Below are positions 10,243-19,599 of a stretch of DNA of 64,000 nt, piece by piece. Source of the DNA: Candidatus Bathyarchaeota archaeon. GTDB taxonomy: Archaea; Thermoproteota; Bathyarchaeia; Bathyarchaeales; Bathycorpusculaceae. The notes below the pieces were generated by a model. That model made no database searches. It had not been told where the DNA came from and saw only the letters and a program-made list of their open reading frames with translations. The first letter of the stretch is position 1, and every line of letters begins with the position of its first letter. Both the position numbers and the translations under genes were made by a program. The stretch spans positions 160,001 to 224,000 of the forward strand of contig CAWDYC010000007.1 in assembly GCA_963806535.1 (NCBI GenBank). The letters are read 5' to 3'.

Positions 10243-10785
10243 ATGAGCCTACTTGAAAATAGCGATTTCATAATGCAAAAGAAAATCCTCTCAGCCCGCG
10301 AACACTACGACTTTCTAGATTTAAAAGGCAACAATCTGGGTGAGGCAGACGGAAACTTCATTCAAGTTCCACCTAAATTTATGGTCATCGATACTCATGG
10401 CGTGGAGCTGATGCATTTGCAAGGCAAGACATTCTCGTTTCACAGAGAATTCACCATATATGACTCAAATGGAGAAGAGTTGGGAACGATAAAACGCAAG
10501 ATCGCCAAGCTGGTAGGCGAAGAATTCTGGGTGGAAAAAAACGGTACTGAATTCATGCGCATCTATGGAGACTTCACCGAGCACGAATATCAAATGGAAT
10601 TGGATGGAACAACAGTTGCAAGCATCCACAAGAAATGGGTAACTCTTCGAGACCAAATGGGAGTATCAATAACGGGAAATGTTGATCACCGGATAGTTAT
10701 CGGAGCCGTAATAGTGATAGAGCATATAGAAGTTACGGAGAGGCAATCTTCCTCAGGTTCATGGAATAACAATGTTCGATTTTAA
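10243..10785 (+). CDS. LURP-one/scramblase (Tubby C-terminal-like) protein
   Basis: Repeated beta pattern; IYGDFTEHEYQM and VASIHKKWVTLRD. Confidence 0.75.
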   Translation: MSLLENSDFIMQKKILSAREHYDFLDLKGNNLGEADGNFIQVPPKFMVIDTHGVELMHLQGKTFSFHREFTIYDSNGEELGTIKRKIAKLVGEEFWVEKNGTEFMRIYGDFTEHEYQMELDGTTVASIHKKWVTLRDQMGVSITGNVDHRIVIGAVIVIEHIEVTERQSSSGSWNNNVRF

Positions 10786-10801
10786 GAAACCAAGATTTAG
10801 A

Positions 10802-11140
10802 TTATTTTTTACGTATGTTGCATTGCATGACTTTTGGGCAAATTAGACATTCGTCCTCGCTCAGTATGCTTCCGCCAGGTGCATGTAGTAGTCCGCTGAA
10901 ATGGGCACATTTGGCTGGTGAATCAAAAACAGTTGGGTATTCGGTCGGTTTGATGCTGATTATTTTTGCGTTGTCAGTTCTTATCTCGAGTTTTGACATG
11001 CAGTATGGGCAAGCGTAATGTTCTTGTCTCGGAATTACAGAGTTATCTGTGATAACTGTTGGCTTGTCGAATTGTTTTTCGCAGCCTATGTATGGGCATT
11101 TTAGCTTTTCTTCGTGGTGATGCCCCCCGAAAAGTTGCAT
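10802..11140 (-). CDS. Cys-rich putative zinc-binding protein
   Basis: CPYxxC, CPYC, CAHFSGLL and ECLICPKVMQC. Confidence 0.65.
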   Translation of the reverse strand: MQLFGGHHHEEKLKCPYIGCEKQFDKPTVITDNSVIPRQEHYACPYCMSKLEIRTDNAKIISIKPTEYPTVFDSPAKCAHFSGLLHAPGGSILSEDECLICPKVMQCNIRKK

Positions 11141-11420
11141 GTCAGTCGCCTCCTTAACGCATTTAACATCGAGTGTAGCAATATTTAATAAACCTTGCCA
11201 CTAAGCAACAAACTTCACTCATTAGCACAACACAACTACAATAACAAACAATATACATATTCGACAAATGTAGAACCAATTAAATACTACCCAAACGTTA
11301 TCACATCTTCGAGAAGTATAACTCATTGTTTGCTCAACTATTCTTAATATTTATGAACAAATCTCAACCACCCTTATATTGTTTAGCGACTAATTAGTAT
11401 CAAAAAAGATTGGTGGAAAA

Positions 11421-11486
11421 ATGGAAAAAACAACAACCCCGAAAAAAACCGCTCCAAAAGAGCACATCTACTTCCCACACGTGTAG
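11421..11486 (+). CDS. putative 21-aa peptide
   Basis: MEKTTTPKKTAPKEHIYFPHV*, preceded by a GGTGG Shine-Dalgarno-like motif. Confidence 0.35.
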   Translation: MEKTTTPKKTAPKEHIYFPHV

Positions 11487-11494
11487 GTGAAAAA

Positions 11495-11608
11495 ATGATT
11501 GAAGAAACAACATTACCTTTACTCGTCCTGTGCACAAGCTCGCTAGTGGCAGCCTATGCTTATTACAACATAAAATACCGAAAATTCATCAAAGAACAAG
11601 CAGCCTAA
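11495..11608 (+). CDS. putative 37-aa single-TM microprotein
   Basis: MIEETTLPLLVLCTSSLVAAYAYYNIKYRKFIKEQAA*, preceded by AGGTGA; basic residues follow the TM. Confidence 0.5.
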   Translation: MIEETTLPLLVLCTSSLVAAYAYYNIKYRKFIKEQAA

Positions 11609-11739
11609 CCGCCACTAAAACAAAATAAAGAGGTGACCAAAACTTCGAATAACCTGTTAAAAAAAATCTGCCGATATGCCCTAAACCTATTTTCTCCTAA
11701 AGTGTCTCTCTTTTTTTGTAAATAAATTTTAAAATTAAA

Positions 11740-11816
11740 TGGAGCCCCGAGCGGGCTTTGCTCCCGCGGCCTGCTGCTTACGAGGCAGCCGCTCTACTGG
11801 GCTGAGCCATCGAGGC
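11740..11816 (-). tRNA. tRNA-Thr(CGT) with atypical D and T loops
   Basis: Cloverleaf with acceptor GCCTCGA/TCGGGGC, anticodon arm GCTGC-CTCGTAA-GCAGC, U73 and encoded CCA; TTTAAA about 30 nt upstream. Confidence 0.85.
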
Positions 11817-12010
11817 ATTGTACTTGCTAATCAGTGAAGAGCAAGTTTTTAAATGTTTTACAGCGCTAAACCATGTTAAAAGTATCAATGCCTTTAAGCA
11901 AAAGCACCTATTGATGGTAAAAATTGCATGCAAATTCCAGCTTAAGCGTCTATTTTAAAAGCTTTAGGTGACCTAATATTTAGTCTGTGTTTTTTAAGGA
12001 GCATGGTTGA

Positions 12011-13042
12011 ATGGGTAACGATAAAACTGGAAGCGACGGGTATTCAAGCGAAAAAAGCACTGATTTGGGCGAACGCAAAATAATCGAGGTTCTTTCAAAC
12101 TACTTTGAAACCATGCCTAATTTGCCTGTTCCCTTCGGAGACGACGTTGCTGCAGTAAATTTGGATCAAAAACAAGTTGCAGTTTTAAAAACTGACATGC
12201 TTGTCGGCAAAACCGATATACCACGAAACATGAGTTTATGGCAAGCAGCTCGCAAAGCAGTTATAATGACCGTTAGCGATTTTGCCTCCAAAGGCGCTCA
12301 ACCAACAGCAGTTCTTGTAGCGCTTGGCTTGCCAAGAGATATTATGCGTAAAGACATTGAAGAAATTGCCCGCGGATTAAATGCTGGAGCACGTGAATAT
12401 GGAGCTTACATTATAGGCGGCGATACTGGTGAAGCTTCAGACCTGATTATTTCCATTTCACTCTTCGGAACTGCTGAAAAAACATCGTTAATGTTGCGCA
12501 GTGGAGCTAAGCCAGGCGACATTTTGGCCGTTACAGGATTTTTCGGCAAATCTGCTTCGGGTTTACGGTTGCTTTCAGACACCTACTCTATATCTCCAAA
12601 TCTTAGTGAAGTATTATTAAATGCGGTTTGCATGCCTAAAGCTAAGCTGAAAGAGGGGTTGGCGCTTAGCCACTCAGGAGCAGTCTCAGCTTCTATTGAT
12701 TCCAGCGATGGTTTAGCTTGGAGTTTGTATGAAATTGGGAAAATGAGCAATGTCGGTTTCACTGTTAACAGCGTCCCAGTTGCCGACGAAGTCAGGAGAT
12801 TTGCAGAGTTTAACCATTTGGATCCTTTAGAGTTGGCCCTTCACGGCGGGGAAGAATATGAGCTTGTACTTACAATTAATCCAAAAAAATGGGTGGATGC
12901 CGAAACTGCTGTGGAATTGGTTGGCGGACGTCTTTTGCCGATAGGTAAAGTTACAAAAGACAGGCAGGTGCTTTTGGATGTTGACGGCCAGAAACGTGTC
13001 ATTGAAGCACGGGGCTGGGAGCACTTTAAGAGCAAGATTTAG
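12011..13042 (+). CDS. thiL: thiamine-monophosphate kinase
   Basis: GDDVAA, KTDML, SDFASKGA, IIGGDT, RSGAKPGD, IDSSDGL and GGEEYEL. Confidence 0.93.
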   Translation: MGNDKTGSDGYSSEKSTDLGERKIIEVLSNYFETMPNLPVPFGDDVAAVNLDQKQVAVLKTDMLVGKTDIPRNMSLWQAARKAVIMTVSDFASKGAQPTAVLVALGLPRDIMRKDIEEIARGLNAGAREYGAYIIGGDTGEASDLIISISLFGTAEKTSLMLRSGAKPGDILAVTGFFGKSASGLRLLSDTYSISPNLSEVLLNAVCMPKAKLKEGLALSHSGAVSASIDSSDGLAWSLYEIGKMSNVGFTVNSVPVADEVRRFAEFNHLDPLELALHGGEEYELVLTINPKKWVDAETAVELVGGRLLPIGKVTKDRQVLLDVDGQKRVIEARGWEHFKSKI

Positions 13043-13604
13043 GTTGGCGATCAAGTAGATAATTGATTATTGTAATACATGACGCAGCCAAGTAGGGTTG
13101 CTTGCCTAAACTGATTTTTTCGCCATAACGTAGAGCAAACAGTTCTGCTTTTTTAGGCAACCCCACGTGATCTCCGAGAACGAAAACCGCATCCTCCGAA
13201 AGATCTGTTTCAGTTATGTCTTTTCCGCCTTCTTCCAAGACATATACTTTGTGCGTTTGAGCTTCCGTTTTAAGCAATGCTTCAAAGCTCGATTTATCTA
13301 CGCCAATACCAGGGTGAGGCTTACCAGCGATTACTTTTCTCAGGATTTGCTGCCACGTATCTACATCCGTTCGCACGTCGTAGACTGTGTTGCCGTCGAT
13401 TCGAATGTGACGGGGTGGGTTCGGTGGGCCATTCAAAACTGCATGGAACGTTACATCTCTTCGAATTCCATGGGAAAGGAACAGACTAGTAACGATACAT
13501 TCGTAAACTATGTCCAACCTTCCAGCATCATGCAGATTGTTAAATGATGAGTTGGTTTTTCCCATTCGTGAGAAGAGGATGAATTCACGAGCCAAATTTT
13601 TCAC
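13026..13604 (-). CDS. trmY: tRNA (pseudouridine54-N1)-methyltransferase (SPOUT)
   Basis: AGRLDIV, LFLSHGIRRDV, FVLGDHVGL and ISLG..YLAASCI. Confidence 0.9.
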   Translation of the reverse strand: MKNLAREFILFSRMGKTNSSFNNLHDAGRLDIVYECIVTSLFLSHGIRRDVTFHAVLNGPPNPPRHIRIDGNTVYDVRTDVDTWQQILRKVIAGKPHPGIGVDKSSFEALLKTEAQTHKVYVLEEGGKDITETDLSEDAVFVLGDHVGLPKKAELFALRYGEKISLGKQPYLAASCITIINYLLDRQPKSCS

Positions 13605-13779
13605 TGGTTAGGTGTATGGTATGTTTGCTTTAAAGTGCTTTCCTGCTATTTTGATTCGACAAATGAGAGATTCGGTAAAGCACCCAGGCTGTAGTCAAAT
13701 GTTGTTTGACAACTATGAAAAGTAAGATTGGAGACTTGAAAATGGGTAGCTTGAATACTTGAAAAAAATTTGCATTATT

Positions 13780-14178
13780 TTAAAGTAAAATTCTTTTTAT
13801 TATCGAAGCGTGATTTGCACTTTTTTCCATAAACACGCTTATTGTATTATCATTTACGCTTAAACAAAGCACTTTGATATTTTCGCCTTCAAGTAATACG
13901 CTCTCTGTTGCGCCTAGATCGAACTGTTTTGCTATCTCTAGGCTGGATTCATGAATTTCAGAAGTCAGCATTGCGTACTGAATTATGTTTTCAGAATCTG
14001 CTATGTCAATTACTGCTAAAGTATCGCTTCTAATTATGTAGCCTATAACACCTTTGAGCTTACGTATTTCCGCCAAGCTTGCGCTTAGGTTTTCGAAAGC
14101 AGAGTTTTCTTCGCTAACTGTTGTTACCTCTATTTTATGTGTGAATGCTGTTTCAGCGTTTGTTTTTTGTTTCAACAA
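13780..14178 (-). CDS. Roadblock/LC7-domain protein
   Basis: LAEIRKLKGVIGYII..FDLGATESVLLEGEN..ISVFM pattern. Confidence 0.65.
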   Translation of the reverse strand: MLKQKTNAETAFTHKIEVTTVSEENSAFENLSASLAEIRKLKGVIGYIIRSDTLAVIDIADSENIIQYAMLTSEIHESSLEIAKQFDLGATESVLLEGENIKVLCLSVNDNTISVFMEKSANHASIIKRILL

Positions 14179-14194
14179 TTTTTTTGTCCCATAA

Positions 14195-14986
14195 TTAGGT
14201 TATAATTGGTTTAACAATTACGAGATTTCCCTTGCTTGTTTGGAGGGTTTGAAGGATTTTTTCTGGAATTTGTATTACGCCGCGGGAATTGCCCTTTGCT
14301 TCTTTTACGGCTTTGAATTTGCAGTTTGTTGTTTTTCCTTCTAAAGTTTCGATATGTATCTCTGTGATTTTTTTGTTACCATATAAATCGATCCACTTGG
14401 CGATTACATCACTGTTCACCCGCACAGTATCAGGGGCTACAAGCATTCCTCCGATTTTTTCTACCATAAACTGGTTAACAGGCGGTTCTGGAAGAGGCGG
14501 CTCAGAACTAAACGTTACCGACTCCTCAGAAATTGACTCTTCAAGTTGCGGCTCTGGAGTTGGCAAAACCACTTCCTCAATCGGTTTATCTTCTGGCTCA
14601 ACAGCTTGAGGCAACCCGTTTTCTGAAAGTTCATCAACAAGCCCCAAAACGGTAGGAACAATAACACAGGTTAAACTTGTTACGGTTTTTTCATCTGCGC
14701 TACGAGAATAAACTGTTGCTAAATAACGGCTATTAATGCATGTAATGCTTAATTGGCGGTCGACACCGTGCATAGTTACAGTTTTGACGCCACCTATGAT
14801 TCCAGCTTTGGAAGAAATTCGATTGAAGGCAGTGACCAAATTTTTGCTCTGCTCATCAACTGTAACTCCATCTGAAGCAACAATTTCGCCGTCCGATTTG
14901 AATATGAATGCATTTGTTATTTCTGGACTTATGTCTTTGAATTCACCTATGATTGTTTGCAATGCATTAGCGTGCGCTTCAGTCAC
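14195..14986 (-). CDS. Roadblock-like N-domain, acidic Pro-rich linker and a C-terminal beta domain
   Basis: N-terminus ITNAFIFKSDGEIVA; linker EPEDKPIEE..EPPLPEPP; C-terminus GVIQIPEKILQTLQTSKGNLVIVKP. Confidence 0.6.
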   Translation of the reverse strand: MTEAHANALQTIIGEFKDISPEITNAFIFKSDGEIVASDGVTVDEQSKNLVTAFNRISSKAGIIGGVKTVTMHGVDRQLSITCINSRYLATVYSRSADEKTVTSLTCVIVPTVLGLVDELSENGLPQAVEPEDKPIEEVVLPTPEPQLEESISEESVTFSSEPPLPEPPVNQFMVEKIGGMLVAPDTVRVNSDVIAKWIDLYGNKKITEIHIETLEGKTTNCKFKAVKEAKGNSRGVIQIPEKILQTLQTSKGNLVIVKPIIT

Positions 14987-15009
14987 TTTTTGCTCCTTCT
15001 AGCTCGAGG

Positions 15010-15435
15010 CTAAGTTATTTTGAATAATATTCTCTCCGGAATACCTTCATCTTCCAAGACAAGGTATCTGAGACCCTCAGTGTCGCCGAGTTGATCAAGC
15101 CACTTTAATGCTTCACGAACTTTCTGCAAAACGAGAAGCCTTTCTTGGTGGCTGCGGACGACAGATTCTATGGCCGTTAACTCATGAAATGCAGTGGCAT
15201 CTAAAATGATGTTTAAGGTGCCTACCGTTACTTCGCTTGGGTTTTCAGCGCTGGTTTTTTTGCCTGCAAGCTTCATGACGACCTCGCGGACTTTTCTTGA
15301 TTTTTCCGCCAAAGTACGGATTTCATCTAAACGCCGCAGGTATTCCCCTAGTACACTTTTGGTTTCCGAAAGCTGAGTCTCTAAGGCTTCAGCTATTGCT
15401 TGGGCTGAATTGTATTCTTTTATTTGTGTTACCAT
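15010..15435 (-). CDS. conserved hypothetical coiled-coil protein
   Basis: 141-aa helical ORF with a GGAG ribosome-binding motif, co-oriented with its neighbours. Confidence 0.7.
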   Translation of the reverse strand: MVTQIKEYNSAQAIAEALETQLSETKSVLGEYLRRLDEIRTLAEKSRKVREVVMKLAGKKTSAENPSEVTVGTLNIILDATAFHELTAIESVVRSHQERLLVLQKVREALKWLDQLGDTEGLRYLVLEDEGIPERILFKIT

Positions 15436-15537
15436 GATTTTTTACTCCTTAAATTTTTTTAATAAGAGAAAGAGGAAAATTGGGTGAATTTTTCTTCACC
15501 TTACCCCCAAATTTCTAGACTAATCGATAAGTTTCGA

Positions 15538-16008
15538 TTATGGTGCACTGTAAGCTATTGAAGCGGTAAGTGTATTGCCTTTTGCAGTTGACATCTTTAA
15601 CTTGTATTGTGCGCCATCGGCTAATAGTTGGGTTGTTGCAGTGCTATGGCTGTAAGTGTAATGGTAAAGGTTTCTGACTGCCCTTTAGGAATCGTGAATA
15701 GCATGCTGGCGTTCCGATGTCATAGCCAGTTAATGCACATTGTTTCCATCAATAGTTGCTGTTTGAGCTGATTGTTACTGTAGCACCGCCTGTATTTCTG
15801 CGCTGACTACTGATATGTGAGTAGCGTCGGTCAGCTTGTCGCGTTTATTGATACTTGTTCTGCGTTTCCCATGAGTCCGATGGTCATTCCGCCCATCCAT
15901 GCTGCGACGACAACGCTAACTGCGACTGTGACTGCGATGAGTATGATTGAGGCGACTACTGGGCTGAGGGCTTTTGAATTTTTCTTAAATTTTTCTAATG
16001 TAGTTCAT
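15538..16008 (-). CDS. archaeal type IV pilin / class III signal peptide protein (several indels)
   Basis: Hand translation FKKNSKA|LSPVVASIILIAVTVAVSVVVAAWMGG, then RNTGGATVTI and KLKMSTAKGNT; AGGAGG upstream; missed by the ORF track because of frameshifts. Confidence 0.85.
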
Positions 16009-16159
16009 TTTTTTGTTTAACCTCCTTTGAAGGTTAGATGAAACACTTTCGCTCATTCTCACCTAATAAATATTACGTCTTACGACACAATACTATTTAT
16101 ATGTAGAACACAAATACAAATAAAAAAAACAAGAAAAAACAAAACTAAAAAAAGAATAT

Positions 16160-16504
16160 TTAAGTGCTAATCTCGTCGAATAAACCGAGAAGAAGATTTG
16201 CTACTTTTTCGCCGAATTCAGTTTTCACATAATACTTCTTCAGAGGATCAATTCGTTCGCTTTTAGCTAAACCTAAAGATTCGATTTCAATCATTCTTGC
16301 TCTAAAAGTTCCGTCGCTTAGCGTAAGCTTATTTTTACGCATAAAGTCTTTTGCGTCTTTCCATTTACCTCGACCAGTATGAAGCAGTAGCAAACAATCA
16401 ATAGCATGATCTTTCTCGAGCATTGCTTTAATTGCGGACATCTTTGGATCCGTTAGGACATGTTTAATTTTTTCTTCTTCTACATTCTTCACCATTTCAA
16501 CCAC
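16160..16504 (-). CDS. winged-helix protein
   Basis: LSDGTFRARMIEIESLGLA..YYVKTEFGEKVA. Confidence 0.7.
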   Translation of the reverse strand: MVEMVKNVEEEKIKHVLTDPKMSAIKAMLEKDHAIDCLLLLHTGRGKWKDAKDFMRKNKLTLSDGTFRARMIEIESLGLAKSERIDPLKKYYVKTEFGEKVANLLLGLFDEIST

Positions 16505-16766
16505 TCCTTTCCTTTTTATTTAGAATTAAAAATTCGTCTGCGCTTTTAAACCAGTATTACGAATTGCGAAACATATCTGCAGACGTCTTCCTCCCGAATC
16601 AGTAATTAAACAGAACCTCTTTATAAATAATACCAAACAAGCGCAAAAAATGGTACACAACTGCCATTATTAGTGCCAAAAATGGAATTGGAATCATTAG
16701 GAAGCTAAAAAATTTGAAATTAAATTGCAGCAAAACTCTTGAGGCGAGGATAGTCATCTGGTTACA

Positions 16767-17423
16767 ATGAAAAGATTTAACATACGAAGTCGCGTAATAC
16801 CCAATCAGATTAGTACTTCAAGAGGCAAAAAAGTGGCTGCTTTCAGCGAAACCGAATATGAAATTCCAACATGGAACCAAATATATGACATGCTGCTTCA
16901 TCAAGCCCAAAAAATTCAAACGGACGATTACAGACCAGACATTATCATCGGAGTTGCACGTGGGGGAATAGTGCCTTCGCGAATTTTGTCAGACCTTCTA
17001 GAAACAACGGATTTCGCCACAATTCAAATAGAATATTATGACGGCATAAACCAAACAAGAAAAGAGCCGTTCATGAAACAATGTCTAAATGCTCAGCTGA
17101 CTGACAAAAAAACGCTCTTAGTAGATGACATCTCTGACAGCGGTAGCAGTCTGCAGCTTGCAAAAAAACATTTGGAGCGGCAAGAGGCAAAAGAAACCAA
17201 AATCGCAACGCTCTACGCAAAACCCGAAACCATAACAAAACCAGACTATTATGAAAAGCTAACAAGTTATTGGGTAGTTTTTCCTTGGGATGCAAAAGAG
17301 ACTGTGAGAAAAATAATTGAAAAACAAGCAGGAAAAAGCATTACTAACAAAGAAATCGCAAAACTTGTAAAAGCAGGAATGCCAAAAAAGTTAGCTGAAG
17401 AGTTTCTTAAAGATATGGAGTAG
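16767..17423 (+). CDS. type I (purine-like) phosphoribosyltransferase
   Basis: IIGVARGG, LLVDDISDSGSSL and WVVFPWD; true start probably downstream. Confidence 0.9.
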   Translation: MKRFNIRSRVIPNQISTSRGKKVAAFSETEYEIPTWNQIYDMLLHQAQKIQTDDYRPDIIIGVARGGIVPSRILSDLLETTDFATIQIEYYDGINQTRKEPFMKQCLNAQLTDKKTLLVDDISDSGSSLQLAKKHLERQEAKETKIATLYAKPETITKPDYYEKLTSYWVVFPWDAKETVRKIIEKQAGKSITNKEIAKLVKAGMPKKLAEEFLKDME

Positions 17424-17433
17424 GAGCTTCAAA

Positions 17434-18001
17434 GTGCTATATTGCCTTTTAGAATATGGTAAATGGATGGAAATAACAGGGTACAGGAACATAGCGTTCA
17501 CCAAAGCGGAAGAGTTTCTGAAAGCTAACCGAAAAGAAACCAAGCAAAACGTTGAAATGCAATTTTTCGATGCAGAATTAATCGCTAGCCAAAAGCATTT
17601 GTACTTTGCCGCCTTAAACGCGTTGCAAGCCTTCCAAAACAAAACAAACATTTCAAAAAGCCCAGCCATGGAAACTATGCTTTATGCTTCAGCACAACGG
17701 CAAATACAAAGAGCCATCCAACGCTGCGGCATAAAACCAGAAACCAAAAATATGGCAGTTTTAATAATTGGCGAAAAACCAAGCTCCAATTCAATCCGTT
17801 CTTAAGGCAATCAGTGACTGTGTTGGCGTGGAGCCGGATGAGAAAGTTCTTGAAATGTCAAAGACCAAGGAAAAGAAAATCATCAAAACCTTCCAAATTA
17901 CAGATGAAGAGTTAAAGACAATTATTAAAAATGATGACCGTGAAGCGGCGGTAGTTAACTTGGTTATTGAGCGAGTTGCCTTGCTTTCAACCCAAATTTA
18001 A
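17434..18001 (+). CDS. cgi121: KEOPS subunit Cgi121 (frameshift near 17780)
   Basis: QFFDAELIAS.KHLYFAA..A and ETMLYASAQRQIQRAI; two overlapping ORFs. Confidence 0.85.
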
Positions 18002-18525
18002 AGCATTTTCTCTTTAATAACCGCCAAAATGTCGCTGGGTTTTAGCAATGATACGCCTGTTAAGGCTCCAAGAACTTCAATAAGCAATATTTTGTCTGGG
18101 TTTTCAAGGTCTGCTTTGCGTTTGATATCGCCTGCGGCTGCCTCGATAATGTCTTTTGAATGTAGTGTTGTAAAACGTTTTTCAACTGTAACTCGGAAAG
18201 TTTCTTGCTCACCGATTCTAGCGGCTAACTCTTGGGATACCCGCTTTATTTCTTCCAAATCCGTTGGTACAACCCGTTCAATAGGCAAAATTCTCAGGGC
18301 ATAGCGGAACTCATATGGGCGTTCATTCAGGATGGCACGCAACTTCTCTATTGCGACACAGGGATCCAATGTTGTTTTGCCAACGATTAAGCCTCTGACT
18401 TTGGTTTTGCTTACTTGCGCTTCAGCATCGCCTAATTGTTCCTTGAGCAGGTAGAGCAGTTCGTTGCACATTGGACGTTCGTTTCCACGTGAAGTTGTAG
18501 CTACAAGGTTAAAGTCATTAATCAT
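17998..18525 (-). CDS. THUMP-domain RNA-binding protein
   Basis: ETFRVTVEKR and ADLENPDKILLIEVLG. Confidence 0.9.
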   Translation of the reverse strand: MINDFNLVATTSRGNERPMCNELLYLLKEQLGDAEAQVSKTKVRGLIVGKTTLDPCVAIEKLRAILNERPYEFRYALRILPIERVVPTDLEEIKRVSQELAARIGEQETFRVTVEKRFTTLHSKDIIEAAAGDIKRKADLENPDKILLIEVLGALTGVSLLKPSDILAVIKEKML

Positions 18526-18609
18526 AATAGTACTCTCAGAAGGGAAAATGCAGACAGGTTATTTTTGCCTTTACCTTCAGACAAATATAAAAGATAATGC
18601 TAGCCTTTT

Positions 18610-18740
18610 GGGTCAGCGTTATTTGACGATTTCTCACAGCTTAGGGCTCGAAGCCGTCGCCTCACATCATCCCGAGCTGAGAAAAGTGTTTTTGGGCGAA
18701 ATTTATCTATTGTGATGACTCGCCAAGGAACTTTGGGTTT
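18610..18740. ncRNA. candidate structured small RNA (two hairpins)
   Basis: GC-richer intergenic stretch; hairpins at 18630-18684 and 18692-18726; C-box-like RTGATG words. Confidence 0.3.
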
Positions 18741-18791
18741 GATATTTTAGCGATCGGTATTACTTAAAAAAAGTTAGCTGTTGCGTCACTT

Positions 18792-19358
18792 TTACTTTAC
18801 TAATAGATTTACGAAATCTGTTGCTCGTGTGTTGAGGTCTTCTTTGTCGCCGATTTTGACAACTATAGCGTTTGATAAAGAACCGTTGTTTGAGAGTGCT
18901 GGTACCGAGCTTTTTATCATATCTATGTCGCTCTGCGAGGTTGCGCCTTGACCGCTTCCGAACACGCCGACCTTGGTTCCTGAATCAGGCTTCAAGTTTT
19001 TTAAATCATCTTTAACTGAAGCGGTTGGTGAACCTGCATAGACTGGTCCGCCGACGACTATGATTTTGTATCCTGTTGTGCTAGTTGCCGCATGGCTTTT
19101 TATGCCGGCTAAAGTAACTGTGTAGCTTTGTGCTTGTAGGTCGCTGGCAACTTTGTCAGCTACAGTTTTTGAAGTTCCTGATAGCCCTGGATCATAGACT
19201 ACTAAGGCTTTTCCTACGGAGGTTCCTGTTGCCGTAAGGGTTTGCGATCCAGTTGCTGTATATGCTGCGAGATCTAGAAATATCAGTGCTGCAAAAGCAA
19301 CAAAAATAATTATTATTATAGCGACTATTGCCAAGATTATTTTGAATATTTTTCTCAT
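18792..19358 (-). CDS. membrane-anchored flavodoxin-like protein
   Basis: N-terminal TM; ALVVYDPGLSGTSKTVA and IVVGGPVYAG. Confidence 0.8.
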   Translation of the reverse strand: MRKIFKIILAIVAIIIIIFVAFAALIFLDLAAYTATGSQTLTATGTSVGKALVVYDPGLSGTSKTVADKVASDLQAQSYTVTLAGIKSHAATSTTGYKIIVVGGPVYAGSPTASVKDDLKNLKPDSGTKVGVFGSGQGATSQSDIDMIKSSVPALSNNGSLSNAIVVKIGDKEDLNTRATDFVNLLVK

Positions 19359-19599
19359 TTTTGCCCCTTCTCTTTTTGGATGGAGTTATTGTTTTACTCT
19401 GCATAAAAAACTATCTCGAACAAAAAACCGCAATTATTGAGAGAGGACCTTGAAAAAATTAGTAGAAAAATCAGTTGCACCCTATATGATTTATTTCAAA
19501 AGTTCACTCAGGATTAACGACAGTTGACGAATCTAAATGTTTTAAACTCCCGTAACGATACGTAGCATAAAAGCGTTTTATGTGAGGTGAAAAATACAC

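Noticed and set aside
15538-16008. Pilin as a phase-variable or hypervariable gene
   Set aside because: Indels are dense here but cannot be distinguished from the background assembly error; no template repeat or reverse transcriptase is in the window.
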